Positions 48,812 through 58,704 of a stretch of DNA of 64,000 nucleotides are shown piece after piece. Where the stretch lies: the NCBI GenBank assembly GCA_965205485.1, contig OZ242180.1, positions 1,568,001 through 1,632,000 of the forward strand, written 5' to 3'. The notes beneath the pieces are model-generated. The model was given only the letters and a program-made list of their open reading frames with translations. It made no database searches and was not told where the DNA came from. The translations under genes and the position numbers were made by a program. The DNA comes from Candidatus Latescibacterota bacterium (lineage in GTDB: Bacteria > Latescibacterota > UBA2968 > GCA-2709665). Numbering within the stretch: position 1 is the first letter of the stretch; each line of letters begins with the position of its first letter.

Positions 48812-50176
48812 ATGGCAAATTTAAAGCGAATCGAATCGTGTTCCCTCGACCGTATCAGGATGATGAAAGACGTGGTCGCGAGGGAGATCGAGAGCATCAA
48901 CGAGCAATTGGCCGTGGAAGAAGAGAAAATCAGTCGCCTGGCCGAAAGTGCGGACACGGTTGCCCTGAAGAAGAAACACGGTCGTTACGAACTGGACCTG
49001 GACGCGGCCGATTCACGAATCTCGACCTTGAACGAGGAAAAACAGACACTGGAGGACAAAGCCAGGGTCATCGACCAGGCTTTCCAGAAGAAACACCTGA
49101 TGGACAGGCAGGCCGACAAGCTGGGCGGCGTCCGGAACGTCCACGTGAAGGACATCGTCATCTTCTTTCTCATTCTGTTTCTGATCTCGATCCTTGTCGT
49201 GGACCTGCTCGGTATCGGAGCGAACGGCGGCGGCGCGGCTGCAACGGCGGAAGTCAAAGAGGGGAAGATCAGCAATATCGTCATACTGAAACAGGGCGCC
49301 GGGTACGAGCGCGTGAACATTCACATCGTGGACAACGCCGGATCCGGCGCGCTCGTTTCCGGGCACGTCACCGGAGGAAAACTGACTGGTGTAGACATTG
49401 TCGACAGCGGGCAGAAATACAAGAACCCCGTTGTGGAAGTACACCCGCATTTCTCGGTGGGTACGCTCTGGATCTTCTGGATCATCGACGTGGTATGCTG
49501 CGCTATTTTCATGGCCAACTTTATCTTCGAACACAGGCTTGCCGCTTCCAAAAGATGGTACTGGAAGAACAACTGGATCGACTTCATCACGTCCATTCCG
49601 CTTCCTCCGGTGCAGGTTATCGCTGCCTCCGGCGACCTCGGCGTCGTGCGTCTGGGGCGTCTGCTGCGGGCCGTGCGGATCTTGCGGGCGCTGCGGCTGA
49701 TGCGCATCGGCCTGTTCTTCTGGCGAGGCATGGACCACCTCAGCACCACGCTGGACGTCCGACTGCTTAAAAGGTCCCTGCTTTACGGCCTCCTGTCCCT
49801 CGTGTTCGGCGCCGTGGTTTTCATGTTTCTGGAGCACATGGAGTCGGGCACGGGATTCTGGCAGAGCCTCTGGTGGAGCTTTACAACGCTCGTCACGGGC
49901 GGGTACGCCGACATCCACAACCCCGAAACCGCTTCCGGCAGAATCCTCACCGTTTTTCTGGTGATTACAGGAATGGTTCTGGTGGGCGTCTTCACGGCGA
50001 CGCTGACGAGCATTCTGGTCAAGGAAGAGGAATCCATACAGGCCGAGGAGCTCGACGAGCAGACTGCGATCGTCTCGAAGATCCGGAAAGACGTTGAGGC
50101 GACGAATCAGCGGCTGGACCGGCTGGAAGGAAGCGTACGGGAGATCCGGGACGCTGTCGCGGGACGGGAGGAATAG
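48812..50176 (+). CDS. 6-TM voltage-gated-type cation (K+-family) channel
   Basis: WIDFITSIP (S3), RLGRLLRAVRILRALRLMR (S4), WWSFTTLVTGGYAD pore, coiled coils at both ends. Confidence 0.85.
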   Translation: MANLKRIESCSLDRIRMMKDVVAREIESINEQLAVEEEKISRLAESADTVALKKKHGRYELDLDAADSRISTLNEEKQTLEDKARVIDQAFQKKHLMDRQADKLGGVRNVHVKDIVIFFLILFLISILVVDLLGIGANGGGAAATAEVKEGKISNIVILKQGAGYERVNIHIVDNAGSGALVSGHVTGGKLTGVDIVDSGQKYKNPVVEVHPHFSVGTLWIFWIIDVVCCAIFMANFIFEHRLAASKRWYWKNNWIDFITSIPLPPVQVIAASGDLGVVRLGRLLRAVRILRALRLMRIGLFFWRGMDHLSTTLDVRLLKRSLLYGLLSLVFGAVVFMFLEHMESGTGFWQSLWWSFTTLVTGGYADIHNPETASGRILTVFLVITGMVLVGVFTATLTSILVKEEESIQAEELDEQTAIVSKIRKDVEATNQRLDRLEGSVREIRDAVAGREE

Positions 50177-50179
50177 CCG

Positions 50180-51457
50180 ATCCCCGAACCCAGGAAGCAC
50201 GATCCCTACGCGGCACTCCGAATCGCGAACTACCGGCGATACATCCTGGGCTGGTTCTTCGCCATCGTGGGAAACCAGATTCAGAGCATCGCGATCGGAT
50301 GGGAGATCTACCAGCGGACCGGCCAGGCGCTCTCCCTTGGGCTGGTCGGTCTCGCGCAAGCCCTGCCGACGATCGTCCTCGCCCTGCCTGCAGGCTTCCT
50401 GGCGGACAGATTCGACCGTCGCAGGGTTGTTGTCCTCAGCATGCTGGGCACGACCCTGACGTCGCTCGGACTCCTTGCGCTCTCGCTCGGCGAGGGGCCG
50501 ATCCTCCTGATGTATGCTCTCCTGGCGCTGGATGCCACCGCCACGTGCCTGGGCCGCCCGGCCAGAACCGCCCTGGTGCCCCTGCTCGTCCCGCGGGACA
50601 TCTTCCCCATCGCCGTAACCTGGAACACCAGCCTGATGCAGATGGCGTGGGTGATCGGCCCGGCCCTGGGCGGCTTCGTCGTCATGTACAGTGTTCCCGC
50701 CGCCTATGGGCTCAGTGCGGCGAGCACCCTGGTTTTCGTGGTTCTTCTCACGCGGGTGGACTTCCGTTCGGAGCCCGAAAAGGCGGAGCCCGCTTCGCTC
50801 ACCACCCTGCTGGCGGGCATTCGCTACGTCTGGCGCACCCGCCTCATCCTCTCCCTGATGGCCCTGGACATGTTCGCCGTACTGCTGGGCGGCGCCGTCT
50901 ACCTGCTTCCCATTTATGCGGAGGACATCCTCCAGGTGGGACCACAGGGCTTCGGATGGCTTCGCGCCGCTCCGGGCGTGGGCGCTTTCTGCATGGCGAT
51001 CCTCCTGGTTTACCTGCCGCCGATGCGGCGCGCCGGACGAAACCTCCTGCTTGCGGTGGCCGGATTCGGCGCGGCCACCATCGTCTTCGGATTCTCTCAA
51101 TCCTTCTGGCTCTCCCTGGCCATGCTGTTCCTCACCGGCGCCTTCGACAACGTCAGCATGGTCGTCCGGCACACGCTCGTTCAGCTGCTGACGACCAACC
51201 GGATGCGCGGCCGCGTGCTGGCCGTCAACTACGTCTTCATCGGCGCTTCCAATGAACTGGGCGGTTTGGAATCCGGCCTTGTCGCCCACTGGTTCGGACC
51301 GGTCGTTTCGGTGGTCAGCGGCGGAATCGGCACCCTCCTCGTGGTCATCGGCACTGCAACCGGCGTTCCCGGCCTGCGTCAATTCGGCGCGCTCCACGAA
51401 GCACGGCCGGAGGAGGACGAAGCAGCGAAAGTACGCAACCGGAATGCGGAAACCTGA
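50180..51457 (+). CDS. MFS transporter (EntS/DHA3-like)
   Basis: AGFLADRFDRRR, GPALGG, MRGRV..SNELG; homology-like sequence extends upstream of GTG 50267, putative ATC start. Confidence 0.85.
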   Translation: MPEPRKHDPYAALRIANYRRYILGWFFAIVGNQIQSIAIGWEIYQRTGQALSLGLVGLAQALPTIVLALPAGFLADRFDRRRVVVLSMLGTTLTSLGLLALSLGEGPILLMYALLALDATATCLGRPARTALVPLLVPRDIFPIAVTWNTSLMQMAWVIGPALGGFVVMYSVPAAYGLSAASTLVFVVLLTRVDFRSEPEKAEPASLTTLLAGIRYVWRTRLILSLMALDMFAVLLGGAVYLLPIYAEDILQVGPQGFGWLRAAPGVGAFCMAILLVYLPPMRRAGRNLLLAVAGFGAATIVFGFSQSFWLSLAMLFLTGAFDNVSMVVRHTLVQLLTTNRMRGRVLAVNYVFIGASNELGGLESGLVAHWFGPVVSVVSGGIGTLLVVIGTATGVPGLRQFGALHEARPEEDEAAKVRNRNAET

Positions 51458-51527
51458 ACCGTGCACTCGCGTCGCACTGTCTGTATCCGTAACGTCACGC
51501 CGTATATGCAACCGTAGATGGATCACT

Positions 51528-54491
51528 ATGACGATAATTTCAATTCCAAGGATTGTGGTACCGGCACTGCTTGCGCTCGTCACATTCTGCGCATCGCCCT
51601 CGCACGCGCAACAGATCCCGCCGGACGAATCGTGGCGCACGCTCGAGACGGAACACTTCCGCGTCACTTTCCCTGAGCGACTGGAAGACCTGGCGCGCCG
51701 GGCAGCCGATCGCGCGGAGTGGGCCCACGCCCGGCTTTCCGAAAGGTTCATACGCGGACCGGGCGGAATGATCGATATCGTCGTCACCGATCATATCGAT
51801 GCCGCCAACGGTTACGCGACCCCGTTTCCCTCGAACCGCATCGTCCTATACGCACGGCCGCCTGTCGACAGCTTCCTGCTCGGCCACTTCGACGACTGGA
51901 TGGAACTTCTGATCGTTCACGAGCTGACGCACATCTTTCACCTCGACCGTCGCGGCCGGTACAGCGTTCGGGGGTTATTTGGACGGATCCCGGTCCCCGT
52001 TTTCGGCTTTCCGGCCTTTGCAACGCCCCTGTGGGTCATCGAAGGCATCGCCACCTGGTACGAGTCCGCGATGACCGGCGAGGGCCGCGTCCTGGGAACC
52101 TACCACAACATGGTGCTTCGAACGGCTGCGCTGGAGGGCCGCTTCGAGTCCATCGGACAGGCGGGGGGATGGTCGCCGCAATGGCCTGGCGGGCTCCGCG
52201 CATACGTTTACGGATCTATGTTCTTCGAGCACCTCATGCGCAAGTACGGCCGGGACCGCATGTCCGCGTTCGTCGAAGCCGTCGAGGGGCAGTGGATACC
52301 CTATCGACTCGACGCCGCGGGAAGGAGCGCATTCGGCGCCAGCCTGTCGAGCGAGTGGACCGAATGGTCGAAGGCGTGGCGTGATTCGGTTGCTGGGCTC
52401 GACGCCCATCTCTCCAGGTTTGGCGCGATCTCCGAACCCGAAAGGCTGACCGACGGCGCCCGCTACGCGCTCTACCCGCGGGTGTCTCCCGATGGGTCGA
52501 CGCTGGTCTACCGTCGATCGGATGGCCGTTCGGATCCCAGGCTGATTTCGAGGGGGCTGGACGGCGGCGGCGAAACGACTGTCACGCGGATCCGTGGGGG
52601 CAGGTTCGCGTTCACGCCCGGCGGCGACGTCCTCACCGGGCAGTTGGAATTCTCAGGGCGATACCGGCTGTTCAGCGATATCTATCGGGTGTCCCGGGAC
52701 GGCGCGATGGACCGGTTGACGCATGGCGCGCGATTGACTGCGCCGTCGGCCGGACCCGGCGATCGGGCCGTCGCGGTATTGGAAGGAAACGGCGCGACGG
52801 GACTGGCTCGAGTCGATACCCGCACGGGGGCCGTCGAGCCGCTGTTGCACCCTGAAGCCGGCGTCCAGTGGGCGTTCCCGGCGGTGTCCCCCAACGGAAA
52901 ATGGATCGCGGCGACACGTTGGGTTGGCGGGAATCATGACGTCGTCATCCTTGACGCTGAAGGCGGCCTTGTCAGCCATGTCACCGATGACCGTGCGATG
53001 GACTTCGCCCCAGCATGGAGCGCCGACGGCCGGTGGCTGGTATGGTCGTCCGACCGGACCGGCATCCTCAATGTCTTCGCGGCACGGGTCGACAGTGGGC
53101 GGGCCGCGCCTCCGGTTATGCTTACAAACGTCAGAACCGGCGCGGCGTGGCCCAGTGTGGATCCGTCGGGGAAATGGCTCTATTTTTCGGGGTATCACGT
53201 GGACGGCTGGGAGATCGAACGCATGCCGTTCAATCCGAATGCCGCGCCGCCCGCGCCACGATATACCGCCGATTCAACGCGCACCGCGGCGGGGATGGCG
53301 GCTGCATCGATCGCATCCGAGGCGGATGAGCGGGGCGCACGTACCGGCGGGCAGGCGCGCGACTATTCGCCGTCGTCCACGCTCCGGCCCCGATACTGGG
53401 TGCCGTACGCGACGCTGACCCTTTCCGGCGCCGGCAACGGCACGACGCTCCGGACGAAGGCGCTTGGCACATCCGTCGGGGCTTTTACCTCGGGGGTCGA
53501 CCTGGTGGGCCGGCACGCCTACAGCGTCGGAACCAGAATCTTTCTGCCGGCAGGAGGATATTCGGGAGGAAGGGGCGCGGGTGTTCTGTCGTATCGGTAC
53601 GCCGGACTCGGCAACCCCACGCTGGGCTTATTGATGTCGCAGAACTGGGACGAGGAACGCGTCAGGGCCGATTCCACGTTCATTCTGGAACGAACGCGCC
53701 GCGCAGTCGTGTCGATGAACCTTGCGCGCCCGACGGCGTGGAGCGGGATTTCATTTACGCTTTCAGGCGGGGTGTTGCGGGAAGACCGGGAGGCGCTGGA
53801 TTCTGAGCTTCAGCCGGCGGACCTGTCGAAATACGACAGCCCCCACAGCACCCTGGGAGAAGTCGCGGCGGATTTCTCGGCCTCCACCGCCAGGTCGCAC
53901 GCGTTTCAGATGGGCAGGGCAGCCGGCGCGACATTCTTCGTTCGCGCGACGCGGCGATTCGACCTGGCCGGTGACCCACTGGACGACCGCTCCGTCGACG
54001 CCGTCTCCGGCGCCTTCAGGACCTACGCGAAGCTGCCGGGAGGCGGATTCGCGGCGCCCGTCCTGGCGTTCAGGGCGAGCGCGGGGGCGGCGCGGGGACC
54101 GGACAGCGGGCGGGGGTACTACAAGGTCGGCGGCGTGTCGCGACGCCTGTTTCCCGTGCGGGGCTACGAGAGCACGCAAAGGTCCGGGCGGCGCGCATGG
54201 TCGGCGTCGCTGGAGTTACGCCTGCCGGCCGCGCTGGTCAACCGCGCCATCCGAACGCCGCTGCTGCACTTCGACCGCGCCTTCCTCACACTCTTCGCCG
54301 ACGCGGGCAACGCCTGGGGGCGGGATTACTCATCGCAGAACACACCCGAACCGCTCCTGTCCGCCGGCGCCGAGTTCGTCTACGACTTCGGTATCCTCTA
54401 CGTCCCATTCCGCTTCCGCGCCGGCGCGGGTTACGGGTTCACCAACCCAAAAGGCGCCGTTCCTTACTTCCTTCTCGGTACATCATTCTGA
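51528..54491 (+). CDS. Exported multidomain protein: zinc-peptidase-like domain, PD40/TolB propeller, BamA/TamA-like barrel
   Basis: Signal peptide, HELTH..EGIA, SPDG/SPNG/WSADG repeats, VRGY, FADAGNAW, terminal LGTSF. Confidence 0.8.
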   Translation: MTIISIPRIVVPALLALVTFCASPSHAQQIPPDESWRTLETEHFRVTFPERLEDLARRAADRAEWAHARLSERFIRGPGGMIDIVVTDHIDAANGYATPFPSNRIVLYARPPVDSFLLGHFDDWMELLIVHELTHIFHLDRRGRYSVRGLFGRIPVPVFGFPAFATPLWVIEGIATWYESAMTGEGRVLGTYHNMVLRTAALEGRFESIGQAGGWSPQWPGGLRAYVYGSMFFEHLMRKYGRDRMSAFVEAVEGQWIPYRLDAAGRSAFGASLSSEWTEWSKAWRDSVAGLDAHLSRFGAISEPERLTDGARYALYPRVSPDGSTLVYRRSDGRSDPRLISRGLDGGGETTVTRIRGGRFAFTPGGDVLTGQLEFSGRYRLFSDIYRVSRDGAMDRLTHGARLTAPSAGPGDRAVAVLEGNGATGLARVDTRTGAVEPLLHPEAGVQWAFPAVSPNGKWIAATRWVGGNHDVVILDAEGGLVSHVTDDRAMDFAPAWSADGRWLVWSSDRTGILNVFAARVDSGRAAPPVMLTNVRTGAAWPSVDPSGKWLYFSGYHVDGWEIERMPFNPNAAPPAPRYTADSTRTAAGMAAASIASEADERGARTGGQARDYSPSSTLRPRYWVPYATLTLSGAGNGTTLRTKALGTSVGAFTSGVDLVGRHAYSVGTRIFLPAGGYSGGRGAGVLSYRYAGLGNPTLGLLMSQNWDEERVRADSTFILERTRRAVVSMNLARPTAWSGISFTLSGGVLREDREALDSELQPADLSKYDSPHSTLGEVAADFSASTARSHAFQMGRAAGATFFVRATRRFDLAGDPLDDRSVDAVSGAFRTYAKLPGGGFAAPVLAFRASAGAARGPDSGRGYYKVGGVSRRLFPVRGYESTQRSGRRAWSASLELRLPAALVNRAIRTPLLHFDRAFLTLFADAGNAWGRDYSSQNTPEPLLSAGAEFVYDFGILYVPFRFRAGAGYGFTNPKGAVPYFLLGTSF

Positions 54492-54642
54492 CGGGCGGTA
54501 ACAAAGCAGCTGGCCGGTCAATTTTTAAGTTACGCAAAAAAGAACCCCGGAGATTCCTCTCTCAGTGATTTGTCTTGCCGGATCTGTTGTCTATTTGCCT
54601 GTGTCTTACCGGACTCGGAATAAGGATATTCAGTGCTTAGCG

Positions 54643-55752
54643 CTATGCTTCATAGGTCCACCCGCTCTGGAACCCCTGCTGTTCTGCAATTGACATGAGA
54701 GGCTTCAATGTCTTGTGATACGCGATCCTTAATTCCTCGAAATCCAACGTTTCCTCGGGCGTAACATAGAGGTCAGTAACGTACGGCTCAACGACCTTAT
54801 TCCACTTTTGATTGGTCAAGCCATCCCTTGCGATGGATAGAGCTGCGCGCTGGGTTTCGGCCAATTGGTCGATGTAACACTCCGATGGGATTTGGTCGCT
54901 CTTCGAGCTATTCGCCATGGAATCAGTGGGAATGAGATTCCAGAGCTGATCGTGTGCGACGAATCTCCACGGCAGAAAGTGATCCAATTCATAATCGTGA
55001 CTCAGCTTCTTCCCCGTGTAAATGCATCGTATGCTTGTTTCGTCAATCGCAGCATCCCAGAAACTCCGTTGTGCATAGAGAGGCGCTCTCCGATCCGGGA
55101 CGAGCAACTTTCGCGTTACCGCGGGAATCCCGGGGTTTCGCCGCTGCATATAATCTGCCCAATGCCATAGCGCCCATCCCTCGATAATCACCTGGTGCAG
55201 TTTCAGATATTCTATCCAGTCCCTATGCATGATGATTCGTCTTTCAGAATCGTCGAAACGGAAGATAGGGCGTCGTTCCTCAAAAAACTCGACGGCGAGA
55301 CTGGAAATTTTCCGGTTCACCCGTTGATCTGGTATACCTCTTGTTTCCGCGGAGAAAAACGGGCGTAAGATTCGAAAAGGCACGAAACGCGTTAATTTGA
55401 AGTCCAACAACCTGCTATTTTGGGAAAGATATTTCCGCAATTTCCCACGTCCTGTCGAAGACAAGTATTCTTTTTCATCCTTGATGCACTCAATCGATTT
55501 CAATGCAGAAGCGATTTGGTCCTGCGTACCAAATGACAATCTGAAAAAAACACGAGGATACCATGCGGTAACCACCATCTCAATCTCAATATCGCCTAGC
55601 TCAATACCATTCTTAACCTGGAAATGCCTGTCCTTTAACAACGTCAGCAGCGACAAAAAAAAGAGATATTTGTACGAATTGGTCGTATGCTTGAACAATC
55701 TACTCAGCGTTGCGATATCCAGTTGATCTGAATGTGGCAATGGCTGGTTCAT
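54643..55752 (-). CDS. HNH endonuclease domain protein
   Basis: TNSYKYLF, CIYTG, LDHFLPW..HDQLWNL....NSSKSD; visibly lower GC. Confidence 0.85.
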   Translation of the reverse strand: MNQPLPHSDQLDIATLSRLFKHTTNSYKYLFFLSLLTLLKDRHFQVKNGIELGDIEIEMVVTAWYPRVFFRLSFGTQDQIASALKSIECIKDEKEYLSSTGRGKLRKYLSQNSRLLDFKLTRFVPFRILRPFFSAETRGIPDQRVNRKISSLAVEFFEERRPIFRFDDSERRIIMHRDWIEYLKLHQVIIEGWALWHWADYMQRRNPGIPAVTRKLLVPDRRAPLYAQRSFWDAAIDETSIRCIYTGKKLSHDYELDHFLPWRFVAHDQLWNLIPTDSMANSSKSDQIPSECYIDQLAETQRAALSIARDGLTNQKWNKVVEPYVTDLYVTPEETLDFEELRIAYHKTLKPLMSIAEQQGFQSGWTYEA

Positions 55753-56013
55753 GGAGGATCAAGCCAAAAAGAACCCGACGACACGGTACTGATGCCGAGT
55801 GGTACTCCAATAGGCTGCATATGTCGCAAAATGCGACATTGCGTGCCATCGTACGGCCCAGTGGTGTCGTTGTCAACCGGAATCCCGACGGAAGTCAAAA
55901 GACGAAGCCCGATGGAAAAACACGCTCGCCGGACTCTTCTGTTCGCCGATATGATCAATTATGCGTGCCGCTGCACATATCTTGTATCTACCACAACAGA
56001 AACAGCACAGCCG

Positions 56014-56519
56014 CTCCCCTCCCCGTGTCGGGGAGGGGCCGGGGGAGGGGTCGCCAACCCACTGCACACCGTTTGTCAGGGATTCTCTTTTGTTCCGGGC
56101 GGGAGTTTACGGTATATTAATCGCTCGCTGATTCGTCAGCCTGACGGCTTCCTCAGGATGGCAGTGTGGGTGCGCGAATGGCTGACGCTTTTCCGGGATG
56201 ACTCTGCGGTGGATCCTGTCGTGCTGCCTCTCAGGTTTCGTTACGTGCAAATCGCACTGGGTTTATCCGATGCTGCAGTAGATCCTTCGTCGGCCTGGGA
56301 GGCCTCCTCAGGATGACAGTCTCGGCGTAGGTCGGGGCTCAGCGTTTCGACGATATTTGTCGCAAAACATGTCACTCTGAGCGACGTGGGCAGAAAGGAA
56401 TGTCCGCCCCATCTTCACGCCGGCTTCCTCAGAGTGTGAGCGAAGTCGAATCGAGGTTACTCTTCGCCGACCCTTCGACAGCCCTTCGACGGGCTCAGGG
56501 TGGCAGCTCGGGGAGCGGC
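56014..56519. repeat. Cluster of REP-like elements from several families
   Basis: CCCCTCCCC..GGGGAGGGG (56014), AGATCCTTCG..CTCAGGATGAC (56280-56317), CCCTTCGAC..GCTCAGGG (56470-56500). Confidence 0.65.
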
Positions 56520-56600
56520 TCGGAGTGCAGACACATTTCAGTGGAATCCGGGCTGATTGATGACCTTGGAACTTCGACGATTTGGAGGATTGACTCGAAA

Positions 56601-57860
56601 ATGTCCGATTTGATACCGCTACATGGCGGATTGTCCTCGCCGGTGTGCCGGATGGTTCCGGACGACGAGCGGGACGCTTTTCGCGAGAGTGCATCGAAGC
56701 TGATCCGCGTTCCTGTGAGCGACGCCGATCTGTCCACGGTTTACCGTTTCGGTGACGGGGGTTTGAGTCCGCTCACCGGCCCGATGAATTCGGAGACGTA
56801 TCACAGAGTTCTGGAACACAATGTCATCGACTGCAATGGGAAGCCGTATGCGTGGACCATTCCGCTGGCGCTTCCGGTCTCGAGCGACCTTGCCAGTCAA
56901 CTCGAAGTCGGTCAAACCGTTGCCCTGGTGGATCAGGCCGGACAAATCGTGGGCGCTCTGGAGATCAGCGACGTCTACCCCTGGGACAAACAGGCCTATC
57001 TCAAGAGCGTCTACCTGACGGAGCGGATCGACCATCCCGGCGCGGATATGGTGCTGGAAGGAGATGCAGGAAAGACCCACCTTCTGGGAGGGGAGATCAG
57101 GGTACTGCCGCAACCGAAGCATCCCGCGTTCGGTCGTTACATGCACACACCCGCGGAGGTCCGTCGTCTACTGTCGGAAACCGGCTGGCGTCGAGTGGTG
57201 GCGTTTCAGACCCGGAACCCGCTGCACCGGGCTCACGAATACGCCCTGGTCTACGGGCTGGAAACGCTGATCCGGCAAGGGATCGACGCCGGGGCTTGTC
57301 TGAACCCTCTGGTGGGAGAGACCAAATCGGACGACGTCAACGCGGAGATCCGCATGCGCACTTACGAGGCTCTGATCGCGTCCCGGGGGCTGGGTGAGGG
57401 AGACAGCGATGCGGAATTGTGGGAACCCAGAGGGGAGGCCGTGCCGGACCGGGTCACTCTCATCGGCCTGGATATCAAGATGTTCTACGCCGGCCCAAAA
57501 GAGGCCGTCATGCACGCAATATACCGCCAGAATTTCGGCTTTACCGATATCATCATCGGACGCAAACACGCGGATGCGCCCTACCACGACGGCAGCCCGA
57601 TCTGGGGAGATTTCGACGCACAGGAGGTGTTCAACCAGCTCAATGGGAACCTCGAGATCCGGCCCCTGAACGTGGGTTTCGCGGCGTTCTACGAGTCCCT
57701 CGGGCGGGTGGACCTGATGGAGAACCATCCCGACGAGCAGCCCGTTTTCATTTCCGGTAAACAGGTGCGTGAGATGCTGCTGACGGGGGAGACGGTGGAC
57801 CCGCGGATCATGCGGCCCGGAACCTCCCGGATTCTGAGCGAGGCGATGGCGGGAGGGTGA
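56601..57860 (+). CDS. sat: Sulfate adenylyltransferase
   Basis: [46 protein letters not shown] upstream of ATG 56601. Confidence 0.93.
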   Translation: MSDLIPLHGGLSSPVCRMVPDDERDAFRESASKLIRVPVSDADLSTVYRFGDGGLSPLTGPMNSETYHRVLEHNVIDCNGKPYAWTIPLALPVSSDLASQLEVGQTVALVDQAGQIVGALEISDVYPWDKQAYLKSVYLTERIDHPGADMVLEGDAGKTHLLGGEIRVLPQPKHPAFGRYMHTPAEVRRLLSETGWRRVVAFQTRNPLHRAHEYALVYGLETLIRQGIDAGACLNPLVGETKSDDVNAEIRMRTYEALIASRGLGEGDSDAELWEPRGEAVPDRVTLIGLDIKMFYAGPKEAVMHAIYRQNFGFTDIIIGRKHADAPYHDGSPIWGDFDAQEVFNQLNGNLEIRPLNVGFAAFYESLGRVDLMENHPDEQPVFISGKQVREMLLTGETVDPRIMRPGTSRILSEAMAGG

Positions 57861-58014
57861 ACGTCCGCATCCTCGCACGCGGTTCCTGGCGGCGTTGAAT
57901 CTCGGGGAATGCCCTTGACAACGAGGGGCGTATAGGATAAATTGACCCGGCTTTTGGAAGCAGGCAAACCGGCCGTATTTTCAGTCGTTTATTACGCTGG
58001 AAGAAGGGGATGCG

Positions 58015-58635
58015 ATGTACGAGTTTCTGTTGAGCGATGATCCGGACGAGGAGGAAGAGGAGGAAGAGCAGCGTGGGGGTCAGGGCGGCGAATACATCGT
58101 CAGAAGCCTGATCAGGGCGCGCACCATCCTGATCTCCGATCCGATCGACCACAAGCTGACAACGCGGGTGATCGCCCAGCTGTTGCTGATGGACAGCGAC
58201 GATCCCGATAAACCGATCACGATCCTGATCAACTCGCCGGGGGGCAGCGCCGACGACGGCTTCGCCATCTACGATATGATTCGCTTCATCCGGCCGCCGG
58301 TGAGAATCGTCAGCGTCGGGTTGTCCGCCAGCGCGGCGACGGTGATTATGCTGGCGGCGGAGAAGGACAGCAGGTTCGCGCTTCCGAACGCACGAATCAT
58401 GATCCATCAGCCGTCAATGCGATACATGGGTGTCGCCGAAGACGTAAAGCGCACGGCGGAACAGATTCTCAAGCTCCGGGAGCGCATCAACGAGCTGTAT
58501 GCCCGGGAAACCGGACAACCACTGGACAAAGTGGTTGAAGATACGGACCGGGACTACTGGATGTCCGCCGAAGAGGCGGTGGAATACGGGCTGATCGGCA
58601 AGGTTGTCACGCACTTCAATGAACTCGACGCGTAG
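58015..58635 (+). CDS. clpP: Clp protease proteolytic subunit
   Basis: INSPGG, SASAA, MIHQP, DTDRD. Confidence 0.95.
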   Translation: MYEFLLSDDPDEEEEEEEQRGGQGGEYIVRSLIRARTILISDPIDHKLTTRVIAQLLLMDSDDPDKPITILINSPGGSADDGFAIYDMIRFIRPPVRIVSVGLSASAATVIMLAAEKDSRFALPNARIMIHQPSMRYMGVAEDVKRTAEQILKLRERINELYARETGQPLDKVVEDTDRDYWMSAEEAVEYGLIGKVVTHFNELDA

Positions 58636-58658
58636 TGACGCGATCGTTTCGCGATTCG

Positions 58659-58686
58659 GCAGGGGCACAGAACGTCGTGCCCCTGC
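58659..58686. repeat. REP-like hairpin
   Basis: GCAGGGGCAC..GTGCCCCTGC. Confidence 0.55.
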
Positions 58687-58704
58687 TTTGTTTTGAGAAC
58701 CCCA

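Noticed and set aside
49013..51787. 924-aa minus-strand ORF
   Set aside because: Antisense shadow of the channel and MFS genes in GC-rich DNA; no motifs.
56400..56600. N-terminal extension of Sat
   Set aside because: Runs through REP repeats; the RBS supports ATG 56601.
45669..56600. Integrative element or prophage at tRNA-Lys
   Set aside because: No integrase, no phage genes, and no duplicate of the tRNA 3' end seen in the window.
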